From Candidatus Cloacimonadales bacterium (GTDB lineage Bacteria; Cloacimonadota; Cloacimonadia; Cloacimonadales; JAIOQZ01), in assembly GCA_963662655.2 (NCBI GenBank), contig CAXXTU010000002.1:1504001-1568000 (forward strand): a stretch of 64,000 nucleotides of DNA. The letters are read 5' to 3'. Shown here piece by piece: positions 1 through 9,755 of the stretch. The notes below the pieces were generated by a model. It searched no databases. It saw nothing but the letters and a program-made list of their open reading frames with translations, and was not told the DNA's origin. A program made the position numbers and the translations under genes. Position 1 is the first letter of the stretch. Each line of letters starts with the position of its first letter.

Positions 1-2
1 TC

Positions 3-284
3 TTCGGTATCACGATACCGCTCATCTCCCCAACGACCTACTACGTCCTGATGATGACAACCATCACCACGTTCCAGGTGTTCTCTCAGGTTTACCTGAT
101 GACCGGACCTCCGATCGGCGGCCCACTCGGAACAACGAAGGTGATCGTCTATTACATCTTCGACAAAGGTTTCGGCGAGAGCAACAATCTCAGCTACGCA
201 AGCGCCATCGCGCTGGTGCTGTTCCTGATCATCCTGGGCCTGACCATGCTTCAGAAAAGACTCGAAAAGAAAGTTCATTATTGA
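3..284 (+). CDS. Carbohydrate ABC transporter permease (MalF/UgpA-like), 5'-truncated by window edge
   Basis: Open frame from base 3 (FGITIPLISPTTYYVLMMTTITTFQVFSQVYLMTG..GGPLGTT...SYASAIALVLF), typical C-terminus of a sugar ABC permease. Confidence 0.85.
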   Translation, partial: FGITIPLISPTTYYVLMMTTITTFQVFSQVYLMTGPPIGGPLGTTKVIVYYIFDKGFGESNNLSYASAIALVLFLIILGLTMLQKRLEKKVHY

Positions 285-943
285 TTGATATGATAAAAAC
301 GACAATGATTGCCGTTCGCCACGGCGAGACGGTGTGGAATACGGAAAAACGTTATCAGGGGCAGTTGGATTCCGAACTGACCCGGATTGGAAAAATGCAG
401 TCGGAAGCGGTCGCCATCGCGCTGGCAGAGCAATCGCCCCTCTGGGATGGCGATTTTACCGCGTTGTACAGCAGCGACCTCGGCAGGGCCGTCAACACGG
501 CGAGATACATCGAACAGATGCTGGATATCCCGTTGCAGCAGGATCCGCGACTCCGCGAAATCAGGCTGGGAACCCTGCAGGGACAAACGCGCGACGCGAT
601 TCGCAATGAGCAGCCGGAGATGCGCAAGAATCTCGATCGCTGGGACTACGCGCCGCCGCAGGGCGAAAGCAAGGTCGAGCGATACCTGCGCACAACGGCC
701 TGCATGCTCGACCTCTTCGAAAGGCATCAGGGCGAGACGTTCATCGTGGTAACGCACGGCGGCGTCCTGGACGGATTCTTGCGGTACGCGCTGCGGATTC
801 CGCTCTCGGACAACAGGCGTTTTTCGATTTTCAACGGAAGCATTAACGTGATCAGCCGAATCGACGGCAACATGAAGCTGGAGAGCTGGGGCATCGTGCA
901 CCACTTGAAGGATATGACTGTCATCGACGGCGAAAAAATATGA
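281..943 (+). CDS. Histidine phosphatase family protein (phosphoglycerate mutase/CobC-like)
   Basis: RHGET.WN, YSSDL.RA..TA, LRE...G, VVTHGG motifs; start could be 281 (TTG) or 290 (ATG). Confidence 0.9.
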   Translation: MIDMIKTTMIAVRHGETVWNTEKRYQGQLDSELTRIGKMQSEAVAIALAEQSPLWDGDFTALYSSDLGRAVNTARYIEQMLDIPLQQDPRLREIRLGTLQGQTRDAIRNEQPEMRKNLDRWDYAPPQGESKVERYLRTTACMLDLFERHQGETFIVVTHGGVLDGFLRYALRIPLSDNRRFSIFNGSINVISRIDGNMKLESWGIVHHLKDMTVIDGEKI

Positions 944-953
944 GGAACTAAAC

Positions 954-1940
954 ATGCGCTGGATGGGAAAAGGTTTTATCTATGCGGTCCTGATTTTATG
1001 CGGATTGACGATGGTGGTCCCCTTTATCTGGATGGTTACAACCGCTCTGAAAACTCAGACCGAAGTGAACAAAGGCAACGTAGGCTTCGTGCCGGTCGAC
1101 GACGACATTCTCTACAACGACGGGACCAGGCTCCACAAGGTGAAGGTCGTCAAGACGGAAGGCGACAGCGCGTACGTGCATTTCTTCGATAGAGAGAACC
1201 ACATCATCAAAGAGAAGGCCTACACCAAAGTTCCGCAGTCCTCTCTGGAACAAAAACGCCGCCTGAATCCGCACTGGGAGAACTTCTCCAAGGCGTTCAG
1301 CAAAGTGCCGTTTGGTCGCTACTTCCTCAATACGATCATAACATCGCTGAGCATCATGATCGGCGTTATCGTGACAGGCGCGCTGGCAGCGTACGCCTTC
1401 GCCCGCATGGAGTTTTTCGGCAAGGAGACCCTTTTCTACCTGTTCATCAGCATGATGATGGTTCCGCAGCCGATCTACCTCATCCCCTCCTACGTGCTCC
1501 TGAACCACCTCGGATGGATCGACACCTATCAGGCGTTGATCGTTCCCTGGCTGGCCAACATATTCACCATCTTCCTCCTGCGCCAGCACTTCAAAACACT
1601 GCCTCAGGACCTGTTTGACGCAGCGGCGATCGACGGATGCAGTCGGTTCCGTATGCTGTGGCAGATCGTTTTGCCGCTTTCCAAGGGCGTGATTTCCACC
1701 GCCGCGATCTTCTCCGTTATCGGGAGCTGGAACAGCTTCATGTGGCCGCTGGTCATGACCAACAGCGAGAACATCCGCGTGCTCCAGGTGGGACTTAGCT
1801 ACTTCTCGCAGGAGTCATCCTCGCAAACGGTTCTCTTGATGGCAGCTTCGACATTCAGCATCCTCCCGCTCGTGATCCTGTTCCTGCTTGCCCAGCGCCA
1901 GATCATCCAGAGCTTCGCCTCCAGCGGATTGAAGGGGTAG
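954..1940 (+). CDS. Carbohydrate ABC transporter permease (MalG/UgpE-like)
   Basis: AAYAFAR, EAA-like loop DAAAIDGCS, WNSFMWPL; SD GAGGA before ATG. Confidence 0.92.
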   Translation: MRWMGKGFIYAVLILCGLTMVVPFIWMVTTALKTQTEVNKGNVGFVPVDDDILYNDGTRLHKVKVVKTEGDSAYVHFFDRENHIIKEKAYTKVPQSSLEQKRRLNPHWENFSKAFSKVPFGRYFLNTIITSLSIMIGVIVTGALAAYAFARMEFFGKETLFYLFISMMMVPQPIYLIPSYVLLNHLGWIDTYQALIVPWLANIFTIFLLRQHFKTLPQDLFDAAAIDGCSRFRMLWQIVLPLSKGVISTAAIFSVIGSWNSFMWPLVMTNSENIRVLQVGLSYFSQESSSQTVLLMAASTFSILPLVILFLLAQRQIIQSFASSGLKG

Positions 1941-2079
1941 GAAAAGAGCTTGCAAGAAGACGATTGGCCAGCTATAGGATTTTTTGAATGAGATGCCATA
2001 GTTTCAAGGAATACCTCCTTCGGAAAATCCTCTCTACAACCAATTTCCGCCTCCTCCGTCATCCCGGACAAGTCGACTG

Positions 2080-2246
2080 CAGATTCGTTCGACCGTGAGC
2101 GTAATCGTGGTGTTTCACACCCGATTTTCGGCTTTCGCGCAACGAAAACGATATCTTCGTACGAAAGTCTTTCGCGGTGCGGAACAACGAGAGTGGATAA
2201 TCGGGTGTGGTATATCCACGATGGAGCGAGGGATCGGGCGAAGATG
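2080..2246 (+). repeat. Dispersed structured intergenic element, copy A (167 bp)
   Basis: CAGATTCGTTCGA...GGTGTTTCAC...GTGGTATATCCACG...GATCGGGCGAAGATG; folds as a long hairpin; homologous to 25003-25116, 47749-47915 and 58938-59074. Confidence 0.9.
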
Positions 2247-2270
2247 CGACGACGGGCGTTGTAAAAAAAA

Positions 2271-3617
2271 GGCACTGTTGCATATTAAGTGGGTGAATGG
2301 GTATTCAGATATCCGCAACATTGCAGAACCTTCAATCTGAAGTATGAGAAGTCCTTGTATCCATACGCTCTCTTTATAATGGTTCGAATGACGTTGTTAA
2401 CCGCTTCTGCCTTGGCATTCGTGATTCTATGCTTGAACCAGTTCAACACAATATGCAATCTCTTCATAATCGTTCTTGCAAGTGCCTTCAGTGGCTCGAA
2501 GACGGTTTTCTGAATAACTCTGCACCACTCTTCAATCATCGGCTTCGCTTCTTCTTGCGTAATATCGTCTTCGAAAATCGATAGTAAATCTTCTTTGAGC
2601 AAATAGGCTTCGTAAAGGGGATGATTTAGCGTCTCCAGTTTCTTGAGTCGGGCTTGATGGTTTTCTTTGTGATTGTGTTTTCTGGTCAAAACCAACCACC
2701 GGTCGTGTTTCTTGCTCTGACGCAACTTGTCAGATTCAAAATCTCTCTGAAGTTCTCGTCGTACTTCTTCCACTTTCCTGTTGACCAGGCGGCTGAAATG
2801 GAAACGATCAAATACGATCATATCGGCACTCCAACACTCGGAAACAGCGCCGATATATGAACCACTGAAATCCATTGTTACGGTATCAATCCAGCGGAGT
2901 CGTCGTTCGTATTTTCGAAACAACTCCTTCGCACTTTCTTTCGATTTGCCCATTGTCAGGTCGATCACACGCCCGTCCTCATGGTTTGTGATAACCGTTG
3001 CATACTTATGCCTTCGCTTATAACCAATCTCGTCAATTGCAATCTGATCGACATTCGGAACTCGTCCTCTATAACCCTTTTCCAACTTGGATAACTCAAT
3101 TTTGTCGATTCGATAAATCGTACTCCGATCCACACCGAATATCCGTGCTACAGAAGCATTGTCTGAACGAAGCGTGAACTGGAGAACCTTATTGCCGAAG
3201 TCTTTAGAGTGTCGATTGAGACCCTCGGCAATATCCTGTTGTTCAGTTTTCACTCCACACTGAGCGCAGTTGATCCGGCGAAGCGTTAGCACAAGTACTA
3301 CGGGACGACAGGATATGGATGCATGAAGAATTTTGCGGACTCGATGATCATAAACTGTTCCCACAATACCGCATGTAGGACAACGTGGCTCATCTTCCTT
3401 TCGAACATGGACTTCAATGCATGGATAAGTTTGATACGTACCTTCGATTATCTGGTCGGCAGAATAACCTTGCAAAGCCAACAACGTTTTACAGACTTGT
3501 TTTCTGAGAGGATCATTCATCTCTATCTCCTTGTTGTGGTGATTAGGAGATTGTACGAGATCGGGTGATTCCTCTCAATCTTTTTTTCGACTTACCCACT
3601 AAGTTTGCAACAGTGCC
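2271..3617 (-). mobile_element. ISL3-family insertion sequence (1347 bp)
   Basis: Terminal inverted repeats GGCACTGTTGCATATTAAGTGGGT / GGCACTGTTGCAAACTTAGTGGGT (21/24 match); A8 on both flanks (2263-2270, 3618-3625) consistent with an 8-bp target duplication; single transposase. Confidence 0.93.
2285..3520 (-). CDS. ISL3 family transposase
   Basis: Zn finger CPTC...CAQC, IAIDE, VTMD, FDRFH, TNAKAEAVNNVIR..IKRAYGY. Confidence 0.95.
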   Translation of the reverse strand: MNDPLRKQVCKTLLALQGYSADQIIEGTYQTYPCIEVHVRKEDEPRCPTCGIVGTVYDHRVRKILHASISCRPVVLVLTLRRINCAQCGVKTEQQDIAEGLNRHSKDFGNKVLQFTLRSDNASVARIFGVDRSTIYRIDKIELSKLEKGYRGRVPNVDQIAIDEIGYKRRHKYATVITNHEDGRVIDLTMGKSKESAKELFRKYERRLRWIDTVTMDFSGSYIGAVSECWSADMIVFDRFHFSRLVNRKVEEVRRELQRDFESDKLRQSKKHDRWLVLTRKHNHKENHQARLKKLETLNHPLYEAYLLKEDLLSIFEDDITQEEAKPMIEEWCRVIQKTVFEPLKALARTIMKRLHIVLNWFKHRITNAKAEAVNNVIRTIIKRAYGYKDFSYFRLKVLQCCGYLNTHSPT

Positions 3618-3650
3618 AAAAAAAAACCGCCACCTCGTTCGAGATGGCGG
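3618..3650 (-). terminator. Rho-independent terminator of the minus-strand secreted-protein cluster
   Basis: Hairpin CCGCCATCTCGAACGAGGTGGCGG followed by T9 on the minus strand, about 25 nt after the stop at 3675. Confidence 0.8.
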
Positions 3651-3674
3651 CTACAATGTGCAGTGTAGTTTGAC

Positions 3675-5924
3675 CTATTTGATCAAAGCCATTTTATGAA
3701 CGGCTGTTCCCTTGGAGGATGTAAGTCTTGCGAAATACACGCCGCTGGAAACAGATTTTCCGTTATCGTCCATACCGTTCCATACAACCGCTTCGCTTTC
3801 AACAACATCGTTGTCGATCAGCGTTCGAATCACCTGACCCCTGATATTGTAGATCGCCAGCGTGACCGGTTCGTTGGAAGGAATGCTCATGGCGATGGTT
3901 GTTTCCGGGTTGAACGGATTCGGGTAAACGCTCAGAGAGACGCCCGTTACCTGCGGAGCGGATGGATCGCTCTCGTTATCGAGATATTCGTTACCCATTC
4001 CACCGTACGCGCCCATATCGGTTGTCAGCGTTCCCATAGCAGGCCACAGCGGTAATCCTGAGTTGTCCGGATCCTCGACATCCATGTGCTCGCCTTCAGG
4101 ATCACCGGCATCGATACAGGGTGAATCTTCCGAGAGGTACCACTCGACGTTGAACAAGTTCTCGATGAGACCAACCTCGGTTGAGGCATTGGTGAACATC
4201 GGATCTCCGTCGATGTTTCCGGTTCCGTCGTAACCACCGGAAACACAGTTGTACGTGGCATAGAAATCGCCGAAGAGATCGATCAGCGGTTCGTCTTCGC
4301 CAATGATGATGTTATTCACCAGGTCCATCTCGGATTCGTAGAGGAAGATCGCTGCACCGGTGCTTCCGGTACAAAGATTGTTCGCGATCGTGTTGTTGAC
4401 CACAACCGGATATGAATCTTCGCGAACGCTGATTGCGGCAGCCTGGCTACCCTGATTGTTCACAATAATGTTATTGTAAATCTCGGGAGTCGAATTCACG
4501 ATGCCGAATGCACCTGCGACCGAGCCGCCATCGTTGTTACCGATAAAACACTGTTTCACGGAAACATTGTCGGAATTGACGATGTGAATCGCGCCTGCCT
4601 GCGTTGAGCCGGAGTTGTCGACAAAGCGACACTTCTGGATATCCACGCTTGAGTTGCTGATCAAAATCGCGCTCTCCTCTGCATTGTAAAACTGGCAGTT
4701 GAAGACGATCGACTCGAATGCGTTGGAATCGATGAAGTCGAGACCATTCCATACGTTACGATCCGTTGTCGAGAAAACAATCGGGTCGTCGTCTGAAGCG
4801 TCGGCAACAAGCGTTCCTTTAACGATCATTCCAATGCCGTTCTGGCTCGTGATTGTCGTTCCCGGTTCAATGACCAGCGTCGCGCCGACAGGAACGGTTA
4901 CATCGCCAATCATGTGATAATTGCCGTATTGGGGATCCCAATGACCCGCGACCGAGCCATAGATATTCCCTGTATCCTGAACGTAGATGTAATCCTCGGC
5001 GGTCTTGGTGTCCGTTTCTTCACCGTCGGAAACGGTGAGACTTACCGTGTAGACGCCAGGAGTCGTATAAACCCATGCAGGATTCTCTTCTTCACTGTCA
5101 ATATTGCCATCACCATCGAAATCCCATTCCCAGGAGATGATTCCTCCCGGAGGCATGGAAAGGCTGGTGAACTGGACGTCAAGAGCAGGTGGACCCATCG
5201 TGATATTAGCGGAGAAATTCGCACCGAATTGCGCCATTTCGCTGATCGCAGCCTGATGGATAACCTTGTCGCCATTGAGGGTCTGAATCAGCACAACGCC
5301 GCGAAGATCGTCAACGCTGTCGTAGTCGAAACCACTGTCGAGGGTTGCGGTGAAAGTTCCGGAATCACCGGAAGCGGTAAGCCCGAAATCCTGTGCTTCG
5401 TAACGACGTACCACGCAGAAGTAGTCGTTCGTGTAACGTTGGGTCACGATGAAGATTATTTTGTTGTTGGAAGTTGTGATGTCCGCCGTCAAAGAGACAC
5501 TGGCTTGCAGCAGGAAGTTGAGATCCTCGTCCTGCATGAAAGCCATGGTGATCTCAGCCGGAGCATCGTCATCGATGACCTGATTGTAATCGGAAACGTA
5601 ACGGGGGTAAGTCGTTCCGCCGCCCCCATCTTCGATGTATCCACCGAATTGGGCATGCGGGATACCGCTTACTCCATACATGCTGCCACGCGAACTGTAG
5701 TTCGGGCTCGTGGGGCATGTCGTTTCGTTTGTTCCACCATTCCAGATCAAGGGAACCACGTTCTCGTGGTTCTCGAATAATTGAAGCAGCCCAGACCGAG
5801 CTGCGGGGCAGTAGCTGCACCATGTTTGCGTAAACACTTCGCCGACTACCTGTATCTGTGTAGCCAGAGCAAGCGTTGACGCAAGGAGCAGCATTAAGAA
5901 GACGACTAATCTTCTTGTCATCAA
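3675..5924 (-). CDS. Secreted Omp28/thioredoxin-like (WCSYC) + PKD + parallel beta-helix + FlgD/T9SS-type CTD protein
   Basis: Signal peptide, EVFTQTWCSYCP, PKD motif WEWDFDGDG..YTTPGVYTVSLTV, Asn-rich beta-helix, YPNPFNPETTI CTD; SD AAGGAGG (start TTG 5924 or ATG 5921). Confidence 0.85.
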   Translation of the reverse strand: MMTRRLVVFLMLLLASTLALATQIQVVGEVFTQTWCSYCPAARSGLLQLFENHENVVPLIWNGGTNETTCPTSPNYSSRGSMYGVSGIPHAQFGGYIEDGGGGTTYPRYVSDYNQVIDDDAPAEITMAFMQDEDLNFLLQASVSLTADITTSNNKIIFIVTQRYTNDYFCVVRRYEAQDFGLTASGDSGTFTATLDSGFDYDSVDDLRGVVLIQTLNGDKVIHQAAISEMAQFGANFSANITMGPPALDVQFTSLSMPPGGIISWEWDFDGDGNIDSEEENPAWVYTTPGVYTVSLTVSDGEETDTKTAEDYIYVQDTGNIYGSVAGHWDPQYGNYHMIGDVTVPVGATLVIEPGTTITSQNGIGMIVKGTLVADASDDDPIVFSTTDRNVWNGLDFIDSNAFESIVFNCQFYNAEESAILISNSSVDIQKCRFVDNSGSTQAGAIHIVNSDNVSVKQCFIGNNDGGSVAGAFGIVNSTPEIYNNIIVNNQGSQAAAISVREDSYPVVVNNTIANNLCTGSTGAAIFLYESEMDLVNNIIIGEDEPLIDLFGDFYATYNCVSGGYDGTGNIDGDPMFTNASTEVGLIENLFNVEWYLSEDSPCIDAGDPEGEHMDVEDPDNSGLPLWPAMGTLTTDMGAYGGMGNEYLDNESDPSAPQVTGVSLSVYPNPFNPETTIAMSIPSNEPVTLAIYNIRGQVIRTLIDNDVVESEAVVWNGMDDNGKSVSSGVYFARLTSSKGTAVHKMALIK
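5786..5804 (-). promoter_or_regulatory. SECIS-like hairpin within CDS, copy 1
   Basis: GCAGCUC-GGUCU-GGGCUGC starting 13 nt after the first Cys codon (TGC, 5819-5817) of CxxC. Confidence 0.5.
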
Positions 5925-6014
5925 GTTCCTCCTTACTATGCTGTTTCTTTTTCAAGAAATCATCTCTCTCTATCGTAACGAATAGCTTTTTAAGGATCTG
6001 TCGGAACTGCCGGA

Positions 6015-8258
6015 TTACTTGATAAGAGCCATCTTGGCAGTCACGGTACGGGTGTCCGTCGTCAGCCGCGCGAAGTAAACACCGCTCGAGACCGGTTTCC
6101 CCGCCTCGTCGATGCCCTTCCACACAAGGTTGAGCGATTCGGTTCTTTCGTTCTCCAGGAGCGTGCAAACCTTCTGGCCGCGAATATTGTAAATCGCCAG
6201 CGTCACCGGCTGCTTGCTCTCCTGCGCACTAAGCTTAAGCGCGATGGTCGTCTCCGGATTGAACGGGTTCGGGAACACGCTCAGGGAGATTATGTCCGCA
6301 GAAGGCGCGACCGTCTCGTCGTCCGTATCGATGTATGGAGCTCCATGACTTCCGCCATAAGCGCCCATATCATTGGTGAGAGAGCCCATTGCAGGCCAAA
6401 GTGCGTATCCAGTGTTGTCGGGATCTTCCACATCGTAGTAATCATCCCCTGGATTCCCAGTATCGATGCAGGGCGAGTCCTCTTGCAGGAACCAGCGTCC
6501 GCCGGTACCGTCGTAGTCCACGCCGCTACCGCTGCTGGGATTCGAGAAGAGCGGGTCCGCGTCGATGTTCATGGTTCCGTCGTGGCCTCCGGTGATGTTG
6601 CAGAAATCAACCGTGGGCGTGCTGTTGAGCGCGTAAATGATCGGCTCATCGCCGCGGAGAATACAGTTCATGATCTGCGGATTGGCGTTGAAAGCGAAAA
6701 GCGCGCCACCCGTTGCGCCGGTGATTGTGTTGTTCACCACCGTGTTATTGAAAAATTCCGGCACACTCTGGTTTTTGAACACCACTGCGCCTCCGGACAT
6801 CCCCGTGTTGTTCGCGAAGACATTGTTCGTGATCACCGGCGAGGATGATGAAAGCTGGATCGCACCTGAATTGCCGGTACTGGAGTTGTTGGCAAACAAA
6901 CTCCCGGTAATCGACACATCGGATGCGCTGATCAGATCGATCGCCGCCGGCGTGCTTGTGCTGTGGTTGTCATAGAACACGCAGCCGTCCACTTCGAGGC
7001 TCGAGTCATCGACGACGATCGCGGTATTGGTTGTTCCGGAGAACCGGCAATTGACCAGTTCGTTATCCCGATCGGTATAGCGAACCTTCATTCCTTTCCA
7101 GGTTCCGCCGTCTGCGGCACGGAATACAATCTGATCGCCGTTTCCGCCGTCTGCGACGAGCCGGCCGTTCACTTCAAAGGTCGCGTCGTTAGAAAGGACG
7201 ATCTCCACACCCGGATCGATTGTCAGTACCTGGCCGTCCTCGACGATCACATCGCCTACGATCTCGTAGGGGTTATATGTCGTGAGCCAGCTACCCGCAA
7301 CGGGGCCGGACGTGTTGCTGCCGTCAGTTACGGTAATCAGGCCCTGGGCGTTCGTCGTAGCGCTTTCGCCATTTGCGTGAATGGTGAGCGAGACGTCGTA
7401 GACACCCGGTGTGTCGTATATGTGGAACGTACTTTCGTCTTCGCTGTCGATGACTCCATCACCGTCGAAATCCCATTCCCAGGCAGTGATTTCACCCACG
7501 GGGAACGAAAGGCTCTGGAAGCTTACGGTAAGCTGCGCTGGGCCTTCGGTGATGCTCGCGTCGATAACGGCAAGCATACCGGTGAAAGGAGTCGAGACAG
7601 CCTGATAGACCTGGTGGTTTCCTGTGAAGCTCTGCACGATGACAATCGCGCGGACGCCCTGAAGGTCCCAGGATGCATCGAGTTCGACGGGGTGTTCAAA
7701 GTACCCGGTCTCACCCGTTTCGTTCAGGGTAAAGGTCTCATCCGCATAGTCTACGACAGTACAAAAATACTCGTCTGTAAAGGCGTTCGTAAGAATGTAG
7801 ATGATACGGTTGTTGGTCGTGGTGATGTCCCCGGTCATCTCGACATTCGCCATGATGGCGAGCTGCCCCAGGTCGTTGGTTCCCAGGTCGATGTCGATCG
7901 CGACGGGAGAGTTATCGTCCACGATGGAGTTGTAATGGCTCAAGTAACGGGGATAGGTTGTTCCGCCGCCAAGATCGTTAATGGCCCCCCCGAACTGCGC
8001 TGATGGCAGCGACGAGATTCCATACATCGATTTTCTTGAACCGTTGTTCGGGCTTGGATGTTGTCCATCTCCTTCCCAAATTAGTGGAACGACATGTTCG
8101 TTCTCTTCGAATAATTGAAGCAGCCCAGACCGAGCTGCGGGACAGTACGGGCACCATGTTTCCGTGAACACCTCCGCCAGTACCCCGATCTGTGTCGCTT
8201 GTAGCAGCAACGCCGAAAGAAGCATCAGCAGGAGGAGTAATAATCGATTGGATTTCAC
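6015..8258 (-). CDS. Secreted Omp28/thioredoxin-like (WCPYC) + PKD + parallel beta-helix + FlgD/T9SS-type CTD protein, tandem paralog of 3675-5924
   Basis: Same domain order and motifs; GTG start after AAGGAGG. Confidence 0.85.
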   Translation of the reverse strand: MKSNRLLLLLLMLLSALLLQATQIGVLAEVFTETWCPYCPAARSGLLQLFEENEHVVPLIWEGDGQHPSPNNGSRKSMYGISSLPSAQFGGAINDLGGGTTYPRYLSHYNSIVDDNSPVAIDIDLGTNDLGQLAIMANVEMTGDITTTNNRIIYILTNAFTDEYFCTVVDYADETFTLNETGETGYFEHPVELDASWDLQGVRAIVIVQSFTGNHQVYQAVSTPFTGMLAVIDASITEGPAQLTVSFQSLSFPVGEITAWEWDFDGDGVIDSEDESTFHIYDTPGVYDVSLTIHANGESATTNAQGLITVTDGSNTSGPVAGSWLTTYNPYEIVGDVIVEDGQVLTIDPGVEIVLSNDATFEVNGRLVADGGNGDQIVFRAADGGTWKGMKVRYTDRDNELVNCRFSGTTNTAIVVDDSSLEVDGCVFYDNHSTSTPAAIDLISASDVSITGSLFANNSSTGNSGAIQLSSSSPVITNNVFANNTGMSGGAVVFKNQSVPEFFNNTVVNNTITGATGGALFAFNANPQIMNCILRGDEPIIYALNSTPTVDFCNITGGHDGTMNIDADPLFSNPSSGSGVDYDGTGGRWFLQEDSPCIDTGNPGDDYYDVEDPDNTGYALWPAMGSLTNDMGAYGGSHGAPYIDTDDETVAPSADIISLSVFPNPFNPETTIALKLSAQESKQPVTLAIYNIRGQKVCTLLENERTESLNLVWKGIDEAGKPVSSGVYFARLTTDTRTVTAKMALIK
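8120..8138 (-). promoter_or_regulatory. SECIS-like hairpin within CDS, copy 2
   Basis: Identical 19-nt hairpin at the same offset from the Cys codon (8153-8151). Confidence 0.5.
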
Positions 8259-8310
8259 TCCAGCCTCCTTTTATTTTCGGGTTCTATCAATGATCTATTA
8301 TGGTATTCAG

Positions 8311-9693
8311 TTACTTCAATAGAAGCATCTTCTTCGCGGCAGAGCTCTGCTCGCCTTCCAGACGATAATAATATACACCGCTTGTTACCGGATTGCCATA
8401 ACTGTCCTTGCCATTCCAGGACACAGAGCCTTTACCCTGATTGACGCTCAGGTTGTCGAACGATTTTACCAACTGACCGCGAACGTTGTAAATGGACAGC
8501 TTTGTGTTGCGAACATTGTCCGTCGGGAGCGAGAAATGAATCTGCGTCTCCGGATTGAATGGATTCGGAGTGTTTTGCGCAAGCTGCACGCCGCTGTAAG
8601 GCACGGTATCGTCTCCGGCGGCGGAACCGGTCTCGTAGGTGAAGTTCAACACAATCGCCTCACTATGTGAAGGCTGAATGGTGAAATTGAAATCCGCCGT
8701 ACCGTTGGAGCTAACGTTCGGAATCAGGAAGTCGAACGCGATCTGCTCGCCCTCGCCAAGCGTGAATTCCCAGGCTCCGCCTGTGGAAGGATGACAACCG
8801 CCCTCTCCATCGGCATACGTATGACAGAACATGACCATCCAGCTATCGGGAACGGAGTTGTACTCGAGGGATGCTGAATAGGCATGCTCGGAGCCGTAGT
8901 TCTTCAGGTAGAATTTTTCGCTGGTGAACTCGTAGACCTCGCCGGTGTATCCGGGACCAACCACGTTGAAATCGAACGGAACGCCGACCCGGCAGGTTAC
9001 TTCGTCCATCGGGTAGGTCGAAGCAGACTGAATGATGGAATGATCCGAAGCCTGCACGTATACGACGACCTGAAGGTTCGTGCTCACCCATCCGCTATCG
9101 ATGGTAAAGCCGTCGATGAGCGTCTGCTGAGAGCCCTGACCAGTCATGCTGAAATCCTGTGTCAGCACCTGACGAGTTACGTGATCGATGCCGTCAATAC
9201 CGTCTTCAACAAGGATGAAGCGAACGTATCCATCCATGATCTCGAACTCGTCCGAGAGCATGGTCACGGTGGCAGCTACGTCGCCGCTCGATGCGTCAAA
9301 ACCGTCGATTTGCAGCTCGATGGGGGCTGTGTTGTATTTTCCAAGATCGATGACTCCCGCATAAGCTGAGCCGTTCGCAACATGATCACCGCCACCAAAA
9401 ATCGTGGTAGACCCGTCGAAGATCGCCATTGGGAAGTCGATCACCTGATAGAAATCGATCATGGCCTGGGTGTCGTCGTTCCCCATATCGCCATGATAAT
9501 GTTGAGCAAGCGAGAAATTTGCCGGAGAATATGACTCGTCAATTACTCCAATACCATCGTTCACGTCTTGCGTTTGAGTTGAAGATGCGTCGTTCAGGAC
9601 CTCGATCATCATGATCTGCGGCGTTCCGGTGAACTCGGCAAAAAGGCCGGTTGCAACCAGTAGCGCCAGCAACAATATATTCACACGTTTCAT
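8311..9693 (-). CDS. Secreted Omp28-like protein lacking CxxC, with FlgD/T9SS-type CTD
   Basis: Signal peptide, FYQVIDFPMAIFDG, LQVVVYVQ...IIQS, QNTPNPFNPETQI CTD; SD GGAGG before ATG 9693. Confidence 0.8.
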   Translation of the reverse strand: MKRVNILLLALLVATGLFAEFTGTPQIMMIEVLNDASSTQTQDVNDGIGVIDESYSPANFSLAQHYHGDMGNDDTQAMIDFYQVIDFPMAIFDGSTTIFGGGDHVANGSAYAGVIDLGKYNTAPIELQIDGFDASSGDVAATVTMLSDEFEIMDGYVRFILVEDGIDGIDHVTRQVLTQDFSMTGQGSQQTLIDGFTIDSGWVSTNLQVVVYVQASDHSIIQSASTYPMDEVTCRVGVPFDFNVVGPGYTGEVYEFTSEKFYLKNYGSEHAYSASLEYNSVPDSWMVMFCHTYADGEGGCHPSTGGAWEFTLGEGEQIAFDFLIPNVSSNGTADFNFTIQPSHSEAIVLNFTYETGSAAGDDTVPYSGVQLAQNTPNPFNPETQIHFSLPTDNVRNTKLSIYNVRGQLVKSFDNLSVNQGKGSVSWNGKDSYGNPVTSGVYYYRLEGEQSSAAKKMLLLK

Positions 9694-9755
9694 TTTGTCC
9701 TCCATGTATCTTGTAATTCAATTTATCTCATTTCAAGTCTTTTTATATATCCAAG

